64,000 nt of DNA from Chitinophagales bacterium. GTDB lineage: Bacteria > Bacteroidota > Bacteroidia > Chitinophagales > JADIYW01. Each line of letters starts with the position of its first letter. The stretch's first letter is position 1. Shown one piece after another: positions 46,325 to 55,737 of the stretch. The notes under the pieces are model-generated. The model made no database searches. It saw only the letters and a program-made list of their open reading frames with translations, and was not told the origin of the DNA. The stretch covers positions 18,436 to 82,435 of the forward strand of contig JAGNZZ010000006.1 of NCBI GenBank assembly GCA_017984135.1, read 5' to 3'. A program made the position numbers and the translations under genes.

Positions 46325-47821
46325 TTAAGCGATTTCAAATTCAGTCGCAACCACTCTTTCCTTTTCTATTATATAATCTTTTAAGTGGATGTGTTTAGTT
46401 TGGTTTCTAAACTCTAACGTAAAGCCCGGCCAAACGGTATGATTTTTTCCATCTTCATTCAGATACCAACTTTTACAACCAGACAACCAAATAGTGCCTT
46501 CTAATTTCTTTTGAATTTCTACGTTAAAGGCATCTTGCACCTCTTTACGCACTTCAATAGATTTAATATTATGACGAACCATTTGATGCAAGGCATCTAC
46601 AATATAATTCACTTGCGATTCAATCATGTAAATCATTGAATTATGACCTAAACCGGTGTTTGGTCCAAGCATTAAAAACAAATTTGGAAATTGATGAATA
46701 CTAGTTCCATAATAAGCTTCAGGACTATCTCCTAAAACATCTTTTAAGGCAGCACCATTTTTACCTTTTACGTTGTAAAATTTAAAACTATCTGCTACAT
46801 GAAAACCGGTTCCTAAAATAATAGCATCAATTTTTCTAGATTTTCCATCGTTGGTAAGCACGCTTGTTTTGGTAAATTTTTTAATGCCATCTGTTACCAC
46901 ATCTACATTATTTTGTGCCAATGCCGGATAATAATTATTAGACAATAAAACACGCTTGCAACCCAAACTAAAATTTGGTGTTAATTTTTTTCTAAGTGCT
47001 TCGTCTTTAATATATTTATTGATATGGTATTTACCCAACATTTCACCTAGTTTTAAAATACGTTTTTCGTATTTCATTCCTACCAATTGTGCCTCGTTTA
47101 AATAATAAATAAACTCACGATTCATGCGTTGAACAAAAGGTATTTTTTCAAACATTACATTTTGACGAGTAGAAAAAGGACCATCTGGTTTTGGTAACAC
47201 CCAAGGTGCGGTGCGTTGCATCAAATATAAATTTTTTACTTTGGGTTGAATTTCTGGAACAAATTGAATCGAACTGGCTCCAGTGCCTATGACACAAACA
47301 TTTTTATCGTTCAAGTCATACTTGTGATTCCAATTAGAAGAATGGAAAATTTCACCTCCAAAATCGTTAATGCCTTCAATATTCGGTAAGCTTGGAATAT
47401 GTAAAGGACCATTGCCTACAACTGCCACATTGGCTCTTAGTTTTTCTTTACGTTGATTTGTTAGCTCCCAAATTCCTGTTTCATCATCGTACGTTGCCGA
47501 TTTTACTTCCCAATTAAACAAGATATGCTGTTCTAATTCATATTTTTTTACACAATATTTAATGTATTCTAAAATTTCTGCTTGTGGAGAATATTCTCTG
47601 GTCCAATTTGGATTGGGTTCAAAAGAAAAGGAATACAAGTTTGATTTCACATCACATGCTGCACCAGGATAATGATTGTCGCGCCAAGTACCACCAACAT
47701 CATTGGCTTTTTCTACAATTTTAAAATTATGAAATCCTGCTTTTTTTAATTGAATACCTACACAAATACCAGAAAATCCTGTGCCTGTAATTAAAATGGA
47801 AATGTCGTTATTAGTTGCCAT
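46325..47821 (-). CDS. Flavin-dependent (Baeyer-Villiger / FMO-type) monooxygenase
   Basis: GTGFSG FAD site, FGGEIFHSSNW fingerprint and GTGASS NADPH site. Confidence 0.85.
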   Translation of the reverse strand: MATNNDISILITGTGFSGICVGIQLKKAGFHNFKIVEKANDVGGTWRDNHYPGAACDVKSNLYSFSFEPNPNWTREYSPQAEILEYIKYCVKKYELEQHILFNWEVKSATYDDETGIWELTNQRKEKLRANVAVVGNGPLHIPSLPNIEGINDFGGEIFHSSNWNHKYDLNDKNVCVIGTGASSIQFVPEIQPKVKNLYLMQRTAPWVLPKPDGPFSTRQNVMFEKIPFVQRMNREFIYYLNEAQLVGMKYEKRILKLGEMLGKYHINKYIKDEALRKKLTPNFSLGCKRVLLSNNYYPALAQNNVDVVTDGIKKFTKTSVLTNDGKSRKIDAIILGTGFHVADSFKFYNVKGKNGAALKDVLGDSPEAYYGTSIHQFPNLFLMLGPNTGLGHNSMIYMIESQVNYIVDALHQMVRHNIKSIEVRKEVQDAFNVEIQKKLEGTIWLSGCKSWYLNEDGKNHTVWPGFTLEFRNQTKHIHLKDYIIEKERVVATEFEIA

Positions 47822-47925
47822 ATTATTCTTTAATTAGAGTAAAGTTAGGAGTAAATGTAATTCGTAGAATGTACAAAAGCTAATTTTTAGATAGATTACA
47901 TAAAGCTAATATTGAAAAAATGTGT

Positions 47926-48906
47926 TTATTTATTAGTGTTTGAAGCTCGTTTTGAGGCATAAATACTTACAATAAATAGTTGAAAACTATGAAATAGCAT
48001 TAATGGAAGTAACAACAATCCAATTGGAAATGTTGAAGGAAATAGGATATGTGAAAAGACTGTTCCGTGTACCAACGATTTTTTGGTACCACAAAATTGT
48101 GCGGTCGTTTCATCTTCTTGATTAAAATGTAATTTACGAGCAATGTATGCGGTTGAATAAAACATTGTATAAAACAATGTAATCACACATAAAGTAATAC
48201 TAACTAAATTCAAAAATGAAACGGATGAAAAAATACGTTGTTGAAAGGCATCTGAAAAACTCAAATAGATAATTAATAAAATAATAGACTTATCAAATTT
48301 GGACAATAACGATGCATTTTTATGTGCATATTTTCCGAAGTATGATTGCAACAACAATCCCAATAAAATCGGTACAATTATTTCAATTAAAAGCTTATAA
48401 TAAATAGTATGTAAGTCAAATGCAGCTACTTCATTTGAGATAAAAAATGACATCCAAAGTGGAGTTACCATTATTCCGATTAATCCAGAAATACTAGCGT
48501 TAAAGATAGCTGCAGGCAAATTTCCTTTAGCAATAGAAACAAATACTACCGAAGACGAAACGGTAGATGGCAATGCAGCTAAGAATAAAAATGCCAACCA
48601 TATCTTTTCTGTTTGTGGCGAAGAAATTAGAAAATAAAATGGCAATATTAAAATAGGAAAAAACAGAAACGTAGATGATTGAATGAGCACGTGCAATTTC
48701 CAATTCTTTAATCCTTGTTTTATTTTTGCTGCATCTAATTTTAAGCCATAGAAAAAGAAAATACAAGCAATTCCAATTCTACTAAATTGGGTTAACCCAT
48801 TGGAAACATAACTATTCGAAATTGGAAAAAAATAGGCTAAAGCAATAACTGTAATGGTTGCCAGCACAAAATAATCTATTTTTATTTTTGAAAAATGTAC
48901 GTTCAT
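47926..48906 (-). CDS. Bile acid:sodium symporter (BASS/YfeH-like) family transporter
   Basis: About 9-10 TM helices, overall resemblance to SBF-like proteins. Confidence 0.65.
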   Translation of the reverse strand: MNVHFSKIKIDYFVLATITVIALAYFFPISNSYVSNGLTQFSRIGIACIFFFYGLKLDAAKIKQGLKNWKLHVLIQSSTFLFFPILILPFYFLISSPQTEKIWLAFLFLAALPSTVSSSVVFVSIAKGNLPAAIFNASISGLIGIMVTPLWMSFFISNEVAAFDLHTIYYKLLIEIIVPILLGLLLQSYFGKYAHKNASLLSKFDKSIILLIIYLSFSDAFQQRIFSSVSFLNLVSITLCVITLFYTMFYSTAYIARKLHFNQEDETTAQFCGTKKSLVHGTVFSHILFPSTFPIGLLLLPLMLFHSFQLFIVSIYASKRASNTNK

Positions 48907-48981
48907 TTATGTCTCAAAAACTGGAAATAAAACAAGACTAAATTAAGGTTTTTAAATGTAAAGAATAGCAAGAGTTTTTAG

Positions 48982-48989
48982 TAATTTTG
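48982..48989 (+). promoter_or_regulatory. -7 box TAATTTTG upstream of the aminotransferase gene
   Basis: Exact TAnnTTTG. The ORF-track start at 48987 is the TTG inside this box. Confidence 0.5.
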
Positions 48990-49022
48990 TATTATCAATT
49001 CTGCACCATCCAATCAATACGT

Positions 49023-50216
49023 ATGCTTTCACAACGTCAACTTTTTTTACAACACGTAGCCCAAACTTCTGATGCGCCTTTAGCATTAGAAATTGAAAAA
49101 GCGGAAGGCATCTATTTGCATGATGTTGATGGTAAAAAATATATCGATTTAATTTCAGGCATTGGCGTGAGTGCACTAGGTCATTGTCATCCAAAAATAG
49201 TGGAAGCCATACAACAACAAGCCTCTAAATATGCGCATACTTTAGTGTATGGCGAATTTATACAAGCTCCACAAGTGCAGTTAGCAAAATTTTTAGTGGA
49301 TATTTTGCCGAATAATTTATCATCGGTTTACTTTACCAATTCTGGTGCTGAAGCTACCGAAGGTGCTATGAAATTAGCCAAGCGTTACACCGGAAAAACG
49401 GAAATTATTTCTTGCTATCATTCATATCATGGTAGCACACAAGGTGCCTTGAGCTTAAATGGAGATGAATTTTTTAAATCAAATTACAGACCATTACTAC
49501 CAGATACACGACAAATCAGGTACAACAATTTGGATGATATTCCATTCATCACCCAAAAAACAGCTGCGGTATTTTTAGAACCAGTGCAAGCTGAAGCAGG
49601 TATCATTGTGCCGGACAACCAGTATTTACAAGCAGTTCGGCAACGATGCAATGAAACAGGAACTTTATTGGTTTTTGATGAAATACAAACTGGTTGTGGG
49701 CGAACGGGCAATATCTTTCGGTTTCAAACAGTGAATGTGGTGCCAGATATATTGTTGCTTGGCAAAGCATTTGGTGGTGGTTTGCCTTTAGCGGCTTTCA
49801 TTTCCAGTCGGGAAATTATGCAAGTATTTCAGCATCATCCATTTTTGGGACACATCACTACCTTTGGTGGAAATGCCATTTGTTGTGCAGCCGGATTAGC
49901 CTCTTTGCAAGAAATTGTATCTTTAAAATTACATGAAACGGCAACAAAAAAGGCTGAAATATTTATTCAATATTTACAACATAAAGCCATACAAAAAATA
50001 AATTATTGTGGGTTGATGATGGCAGTTTATTTAGATAATTTTGAGCATCTGCGTCAAGTAATTTCTATATGTTTGGAAAATGGATTGATTACCGATTGGT
50101 TTTTATTCGCTAATAATTGTTTACGCATTGCGCCACCTTTAATTATCACCGAAGAAGAAATAAAAACAGCTTGTTCCATTATTATACAAGCACTAGATAA
50201 AGTTTATCCTGCATGA
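49023..50216 (+). CDS. Class III (ArgD/GabT-like) PLP-dependent aminotransferase
   Basis: ..GIGVSALGHCHP..FTNSGAEATEGA.K.A...VFDEIQTG.GRTG...LGKAFGGG.P. Confidence 0.85.
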   Translation: MLSQRQLFLQHVAQTSDAPLALEIEKAEGIYLHDVDGKKYIDLISGIGVSALGHCHPKIVEAIQQQASKYAHTLVYGEFIQAPQVQLAKFLVDILPNNLSSVYFTNSGAEATEGAMKLAKRYTGKTEIISCYHSYHGSTQGALSLNGDEFFKSNYRPLLPDTRQIRYNNLDDIPFITQKTAAVFLEPVQAEAGIIVPDNQYLQAVRQRCNETGTLLVFDEIQTGCGRTGNIFRFQTVNVVPDILLLGKAFGGGLPLAAFISSREIMQVFQHHPFLGHITTFGGNAICCAAGLASLQEIVSLKLHETATKKAEIFIQYLQHKAIQKINYCGLMMAVYLDNFEHLRQVISICLENGLITDWFLFANNCLRIAPPLIITEEEIKTACSIIIQALDKVYPA

Positions 50217-51673
50217 AAAAATCCTTTTTGTTTAATGTGCTTTTCTTAGTGTTTGTCAATTTATTGGTGAAACCATTTTGGATTTTTGGTATTGACAGAA
50301 CCGTGCAAAACCGATTGGGTGAAGCTGAGTTTGGATTGTTCTTTGCCATTTTTAATTTCACCTATTTATTTCAAATTTTACTCGACTTTGGCTTTCAAAA
50401 TTTCAACAATAGAGAAGTTGCCGCCAATACCAAACGCATCAACGAGTTATTGCCAAGTATTCTCCTTTTTAAAACAATTTTATTCTTGATTTACTTAGTA
50501 ATTTGTATTGCATTAGCCTATCCATTAGGTTATTTATCCAATACGTTTATTTACATTATTTTGATCAATCAAATTTTACTATCATTTAATATTTATTTGC
50601 GTTCCAATGTGTCAGCACATCAACATTTTATAACAGATGCCTTGTTGTCCATACTTGATAAATTATTGATGATTGCATTTTGTTTAGTGTTGTTGTATGG
50701 AAATGTTTCTGGCTTCCAACTATCCATATTTAATTTTGCATTAGCACAAATGGCAGCGTATCTAATTACTTTTTTTGTTTGTTTATTTTTTGCATTTCGC
50801 TTGACGGAGAAACTAATCTTTAATTTTTCAATTACAGATTTTAAAAAAATTGCCAAAGAAACAATGCCATACGCTATTATTCATTTTTTAATGACTACCT
50901 ATTATCGCATTGATGGCGTGATGCTTGAGAAACTGCAAGGAGCGAATGGCGCATTAGAAAGTGGAATTTATGCGCAGAGCTATCGTATTATGGAAGCACT
51001 GAATAATATTGGCTATTTATTTGCCGGAATTTTATTGCCTTTATTTGCTTATCATCTCACTCAAAAAAATGAGATTAAATCACTTTTAAAATCTAGTATT
51101 TCTATTATGTTTTGTGTGAGTACGTCGATTGTCATTTGTTTTTTTTGGTATAAAAATGACATCATACAATTATTATACACTGCAAGCAATGTAGCTTATT
51201 CCGCGGAAGTTTTTGGCTATTTATTGTTGAATTTTTTTCCAGTAGCTATCTTGTACGTCATAGGAACTTTATTAACTGCCAATCAGAATTTCAAGCTTAT
51301 GATTTATACACTAGTAGTAGCAGTTCTGTTAAACGTAGTTTTAAATGTGTATTTAATAACTGAATATGGAGCTAAAGGTGCAGGTATTTCTACATTTATT
51401 ACACAATTATTTATGCTAGGTTGTTATAGTATTTATAGTATTCAAATTTTTAAACTAAGATGGAATTGGGCCTATTTTCTACGATTATCTTTATTTATTA
51501 GCCTTTGTTTGCTATGGGTTTATGTATTACAATCCTACGCATTTGCCATGCATCCTGCACTCAATTTGGGGATACACTTTATCGTATATTTTATAGGCAT
51601 TCCTGTGTTTGCTTGGATTTCAGGTTTGGTTAATAAACATACGTTCCAGCTTAAAATTGGCACTCAGCAATAA
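50213..51673 (+). CDS. Polysaccharide flippase (Wzx/MOP family)
   Basis: About 12-14 TM helices. The ATG overlaps the upstream stop (ATGA). Confidence 0.7.
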   Translation: MKKSFLFNVLFLVFVNLLVKPFWIFGIDRTVQNRLGEAEFGLFFAIFNFTYLFQILLDFGFQNFNNREVAANTKRINELLPSILLFKTILFLIYLVICIALAYPLGYLSNTFIYIILINQILLSFNIYLRSNVSAHQHFITDALLSILDKLLMIAFCLVLLYGNVSGFQLSIFNFALAQMAAYLITFFVCLFFAFRLTEKLIFNFSITDFKKIAKETMPYAIIHFLMTTYYRIDGVMLEKLQGANGALESGIYAQSYRIMEALNNIGYLFAGILLPLFAYHLTQKNEIKSLLKSSISIMFCVSTSIVICFFWYKNDIIQLLYTASNVAYSAEVFGYLLLNFFPVAILYVIGTLLTANQNFKLMIYTLVVAVLLNVVLNVYLITEYGAKGAGISTFITQLFMLGCYSIYSIQIFKLRWNWAYFLRLSLFISLCLLWVYVLQSYAFAMHPALNLGIHFIVYFIGIPVFAWISGLVNKHTFQLKIGTQQ

Positions 51674-51716
51674 ATCAGATAGTTTTCTTATTTTTGATTC
51701 AAATTCAAACTTATTT

Positions 51717-52529
51717 ATGTTGGATATTGTACAGATTGTTTTAAAATGGAAAAAACAGATTTTTATTTTTTGTGTTTTTTCAATTATTGCCAGTATTATT
51801 TTGTCGATGCCATTTATAATGCATCCATATTATAAATCCAAACAAATTTTTTATTTATCAAACCCTATAAGTACCGATAGAGCAGCCTTGTTTAATGAGA
51901 AAGAAGTAGGTGGTGTCAGCATCTTCGGAGGCAAAGAAGACATCAACCGTTTTTTGTCGATTTTAAATTCGGAAGTAGTAATCAGTAGCATTATAAAAAA
52001 TAATGATTTAACTAAACATTACAACATTGAAGGTGACAATATTGCCTTATCTCACTTTTATACACAAAAGGAATTTAGTAGCAATTTTAAAGCTATACGA
52101 AATGATTTAGGCGCCATTGAAGTGAGCATACTAGATACCGACGCAAAACTTGCGGCTAAAATGGTGCAAGAAATAGTGCAACTTTCCGATTCCATTTACA
52201 GAACAATTTTATCTGAAAATAAATCTATTATTTTAAATTTATTAGATAAGCAAATTGACAACAAACAAACACAAACTTTAAATATTGCTTCTGCCGAAGA
52301 ATTACAGAAGTTAATCACCATTCGCGATCAATATGCGGTTTCCTCTTCGGCTGCATTTAAAACAACCTTCACCGTAGAAGAAGCGGTACCGGCAGTAAAA
52401 AAAGAAAAACCGGTGCGTTGGATGATTGTATTAGGCACTGCTTTGTGCTCATTTTTTATGGCTACATTCATTGCCATTTTGATAGAACTCTTTAAACATG
52501 CAACGCACAAAGAATCTGAACATCACTAA
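51717..52529 (+). CDS. Wzz-like chain-length-determinant-type protein (two terminal TM helices, coiled periplasmic middle)
   Basis: Topology and context only. The ATG at 51717 is preferred over the track start at 51609, which overlaps the flippase gene. Confidence 0.5.
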   Translation: MLDIVQIVLKWKKQIFIFCVFSIIASIILSMPFIMHPYYKSKQIFYLSNPISTDRAALFNEKEVGGVSIFGGKEDINRFLSILNSEVVISSIIKNNDLTKHYNIEGDNIALSHFYTQKEFSSNFKAIRNDLGAIEVSILDTDAKLAAKMVQEIVQLSDSIYRTILSENKSIILNLLDKQIDNKQTQTLNIASAEELQKLITIRDQYAVSSSAAFKTTFTVEEAVPAVKKEKPVRWMIVLGTALCSFFMATFIAILIELFKHATHKESEHH

Positions 52530-53943
52530 TTTTGTTCAACACAACGAGCAGCTGCTTTTTTATGTAAGTAGTCTTATTTCGATTGTATTGGTGTGGTTGG
52601 GTATTTATTTTGAAAACAAATTTTTGTTTTTAGTGCCATTTGGTTTCGTATTAATTGGCGTAGCCATACTTAATTTTCGTGCTTTAATTTATTTACTTTT
52701 ATTGATTTTACCTATTTCTGTCGAGATGGAATTAGGTACTTTAGGTTTGGATGTGCCCTCAGAACCTATTGTTATTTTATTAGCAGTTTGCGTTTTATTT
52801 TATCTCTTAAAGAATTACACACTACTGTATTCTAAAACATTCAAACATCCAATAATTTGGGCTATTACAGCACTATTTATTTGGAGTTGTATCAGCACTA
52901 TTTATTCTCAAAATATAGTTTTATCGATTAAATATTTACTGGCAAAAGCTTGGTATATATTAGGTTTTTTGATAGCACCAATGCTCATTATAAATACTAA
53001 AAAACAATTCCGTTATTTATTTTGGTGTTTGTTTATCCCAACTTTTTTGAGTGTATTATATATTCTCCTTTTTCATGCCATTGAAAAATTTAGTTTTGAC
53101 TCTATTACAAATGTAGTACATCCAATTTATCGAAACCACGTAAATTATGCTGTTTTTATTACCATGTTATTGCCTTTTATTTTCTTAGCTACAACTTGGT
53201 ATCCAAAATCATCCTTTAAAAATAAATTTCTAAAAATTGCCATTCTCATTTTCTTTGTGGCTATTTATTTTTCCTATACACGTGGCGCATGGCTGGCAAT
53301 GGTAGCGATGATTTTGTATTATTTTGTCATGAAACTCAATGCCACTAAATATATTTTAAGTATCAGCATTTTTTTTGTGTTTGTGTTTTCTATATATATA
53401 TTGAAAGACAATAACTATTTGAAGTACGCACCAAATTACGATACGACAATATATCATGAAGAGTTAGGAGAGCATTTATCTTCTACCTTTGAAATGGAAG
53501 ACATGAGTACGGTAGAGCGATTTTACAGATGGATAGCTGCGGTTCATTTATTTAAAGAACATCCAATAGTTGGTGTAGGTCCAAATAATTTTGTATCGAA
53601 TTATAAGCCACACACGGTAACTGCTTTTGAAACGTATATCAGTGAAAATGAAGAACGTTCAACTGTACATAATTATTTTTTATTATTGCTCACTGAACAA
53701 GGATTTCCGGGCATGCTGCTCTTCATTCTATTTATAGGAATTACTTTATTGAGTATTCAGAAAATGTACCATGTTGCAACTGAAGAGAAGAAAAAATACA
53801 TTGTTGCGCTTACGCTTTGTTTAATTGCATTTTTGCTCAATAATACTTTAAGCGATTTAGTGGAAGCCAACAAAGTAGGTTCGTTATTTTATATATGCTT
53901 GGCTTTATTAATAAATACAAGTGAGCTGGATTTTGAAAGTTAA
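52498..53943 (+). CDS. O-antigen ligase / Wzy_C-family membrane protein
   Basis: Multi-TM protein with ..SYTRGAWLAMV.. in the large loop region. Confidence 0.7.
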   Translation: MQRTKNLNITNFVQHNEQLLFYVSSLISIVLVWLGIYFENKFLFLVPFGFVLIGVAILNFRALIYLLLLILPISVEMELGTLGLDVPSEPIVILLAVCVLFYLLKNYTLLYSKTFKHPIIWAITALFIWSCISTIYSQNIVLSIKYLLAKAWYILGFLIAPMLIINTKKQFRYLFWCLFIPTFLSVLYILLFHAIEKFSFDSITNVVHPIYRNHVNYAVFITMLLPFIFLATTWYPKSSFKNKFLKIAILIFFVAIYFSYTRGAWLAMVAMILYYFVMKLNATKYILSISIFFVFVFSIYILKDNNYLKYAPNYDTTIYHEELGEHLSSTFEMEDMSTVERFYRWIAAVHLFKEHPIVGVGPNNFVSNYKPHTVTAFETYISENEERSTVHNYFLLLLTEQGFPGMLLFILFIGITLLSIQKMYHVATEEKKKYIVALTLCLIAFLLNNTLSDLVEANKVGSLFYICLALLINTSELDFES

Positions 53944-55172
53944 AAGAACTTAGCAGTTAGCACGCTAATATCATCATTAAACAAAACATTTCCTTTGTAT
54001 TTAGAAATGTAATCATACAGCATTTTATTAAATATTTCTGGGCTTAAACGATGGTTTTGTTTACTAAATTCTATTAAACGATCCACACCAAATTGCAATC
54101 CTTTTTCATCTTCCAATTCCGAAATGCCATCTGTAAAACTTACGATGGTGGTGTCTGGTTGTATATTTATTTTTCCAAATTCCATTTTAGGTAATTCTTC
54201 AAAAATCCCCAACATGGTGGTGCCTTTTTCTAGTAATTCAATTTTATTTTGATGCAATAAAATGGGTGGAACATGTCCTGCATTTAAGTATAATAATTCT
54301 CGTTTTACAATATTGTATTTGGCAATAAATAATGTTATAAAATTTTCGCCATTGGTGATGGAATATATTTTTTTATTGAGTTTTTCTATCAATTTTTCTT
54401 TAGAAAAATTTAAGCCTAAGGTTGCATTCAAATAGGCTTGAAGATTTGCCATCACTAAAGCCGCGGCAATACCTTTTCCACTAATATCTCCAATGCAAAA
54501 AACAAATTCATCTTTATTGATATGAATGACATCATAATAATCGCCACCAATACCATTGTACGGCAAATACAAACCTGAAAATTCGTACAAGGTGTTTTTG
54601 GGTAATTTTTTAGGAATCAACATTCCTTGCACCTTGGATGCCAAATCAAGTTCTTTGTCGTATTGTTTTTTTTCTACTTCTTTTTTGAACAATCTTTTAT
54701 TTTCAACAGCAACGGTAATGATATTAGTAAATGTTTGTGTAAATTCCAACATATCTTTTTTCTGATGTAGGACATCATCGGCAATGTTGCCAAGTAATGC
54801 TAGTGCCAACGGATTGTGTTTATGATACACAGGTACAACGTATTTAAAACCTCCAAATATTTTTTGTTCTTGTTCAGTGAGTTCAGTGATGGTTTTAAAC
54901 TTTTCAAAATGCGATTGAATTGGAATATAAATATCATTCACATCAGATTCCCATACGGCGCGTTTCCAAGCTTGATCATACATGAACAATGCCAATTTTT
55001 GAACTTGCAACTGAGACTTTAATGTGAACTTAAAAATTTGGTATAAACTATCTGCAGATACATTGTCGTTAATGGCTTTGGTGGCTTCCAAAAGCGCATT
55101 CATTTGGCTGTATTTCACTTGAACGAGTGCTCTAAGTGCATTCGAATCTGTAATTGATTCTGGCAAATTCAT
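53940..55172 (-). CDS. GAF-domain PP2C (SpoIIE/RsbU-type) serine phosphatase
   Basis: C-terminal ..GGDYYDV...GDISGKG..AAL.M...NAGH.PP...TDGI.E. Confidence 0.8.
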   Translation of the reverse strand: MNLPESITDSNALRALVQVKYSQMNALLEATKAINDNVSADSLYQIFKFTLKSQLQVQKLALFMYDQAWKRAVWESDVNDIYIPIQSHFEKFKTITELTEQEQKIFGGFKYVVPVYHKHNPLALALLGNIADDVLHQKKDMLEFTQTFTNIITVAVENKRLFKKEVEKKQYDKELDLASKVQGMLIPKKLPKNTLYEFSGLYLPYNGIGGDYYDVIHINKDEFVFCIGDISGKGIAAALVMANLQAYLNATLGLNFSKEKLIEKLNKKIYSITNGENFITLFIAKYNIVKRELLYLNAGHVPPILLHQNKIELLEKGTTMLGIFEELPKMEFGKINIQPDTTIVSFTDGISELEDEKGLQFGVDRLIEFSKQNHRLSPEIFNKMLYDYISKYKGNVLFNDDISVLTAKFF

Positions 55173-55293
55173 CTATCGAAAGCTACGGAAATAAAATACA
55201 TTTTCCAATAAGCATTTATAAAATTTACTATTTATAAAGCACGATTCACCAATAACAAGTAGGTGACAAATGAAAATAAATGATTTTTATTTG

Positions 55294-55722
55294 TCAACCA
55301 GCCATTACTTTTAATAGTTGTTCCGTCGAGTTTTTAGTATCGACTTTGTCAATGATATGCGTGATAATACCATTCTCATTGACTACAAAAGTGGTACGTA
55401 AAATACCTTCATATTCTTTCCCCATAAATTTTTTTTTGCCCCAAACTTCGTATGCCAAAGCCACACTTTTGTCTGTATCCGGAATAAGTTCAAAAGGTAA
55501 ACTATATTTCTCTTTAAATTTATTGTGTGATTTTTCGTCTTGTGGCGACACACCGATTATGGTAAAACCTTGTTTAATAAGTGCTGCATAATTATCTCTA
55601 AAATTGCAAGCATTGGCAGTGCAGCCAGGTGTATCATCTTTCGGATAAAAGTATAAAACAGTGATTTTGTTTTTGAAGTCAACACCTTTAATTTTTGGTG
55701 CTTTGGTTCCTACAGTAAGCAT
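55294..55722 (-). CDS. bcp: Thioredoxin-dependent peroxiredoxin Bcp
   Basis: YFYPKDDTPGCTANACNFRD. Confidence 0.92.
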   Translation of the reverse strand: MLTVGTKAPKIKGVDFKNKITVLYFYPKDDTPGCTANACNFRDNYAALIKQGFTIIGVSPQDEKSHNKFKEKYSLPFELIPDTDKSVALAYEVWGKKKFMGKEYEGILRTTFVVNENGIITHIIDKVDTKNSTEQLLKVMAG

Positions 55723-55737
55723 ATATTTTTTTTAAGA

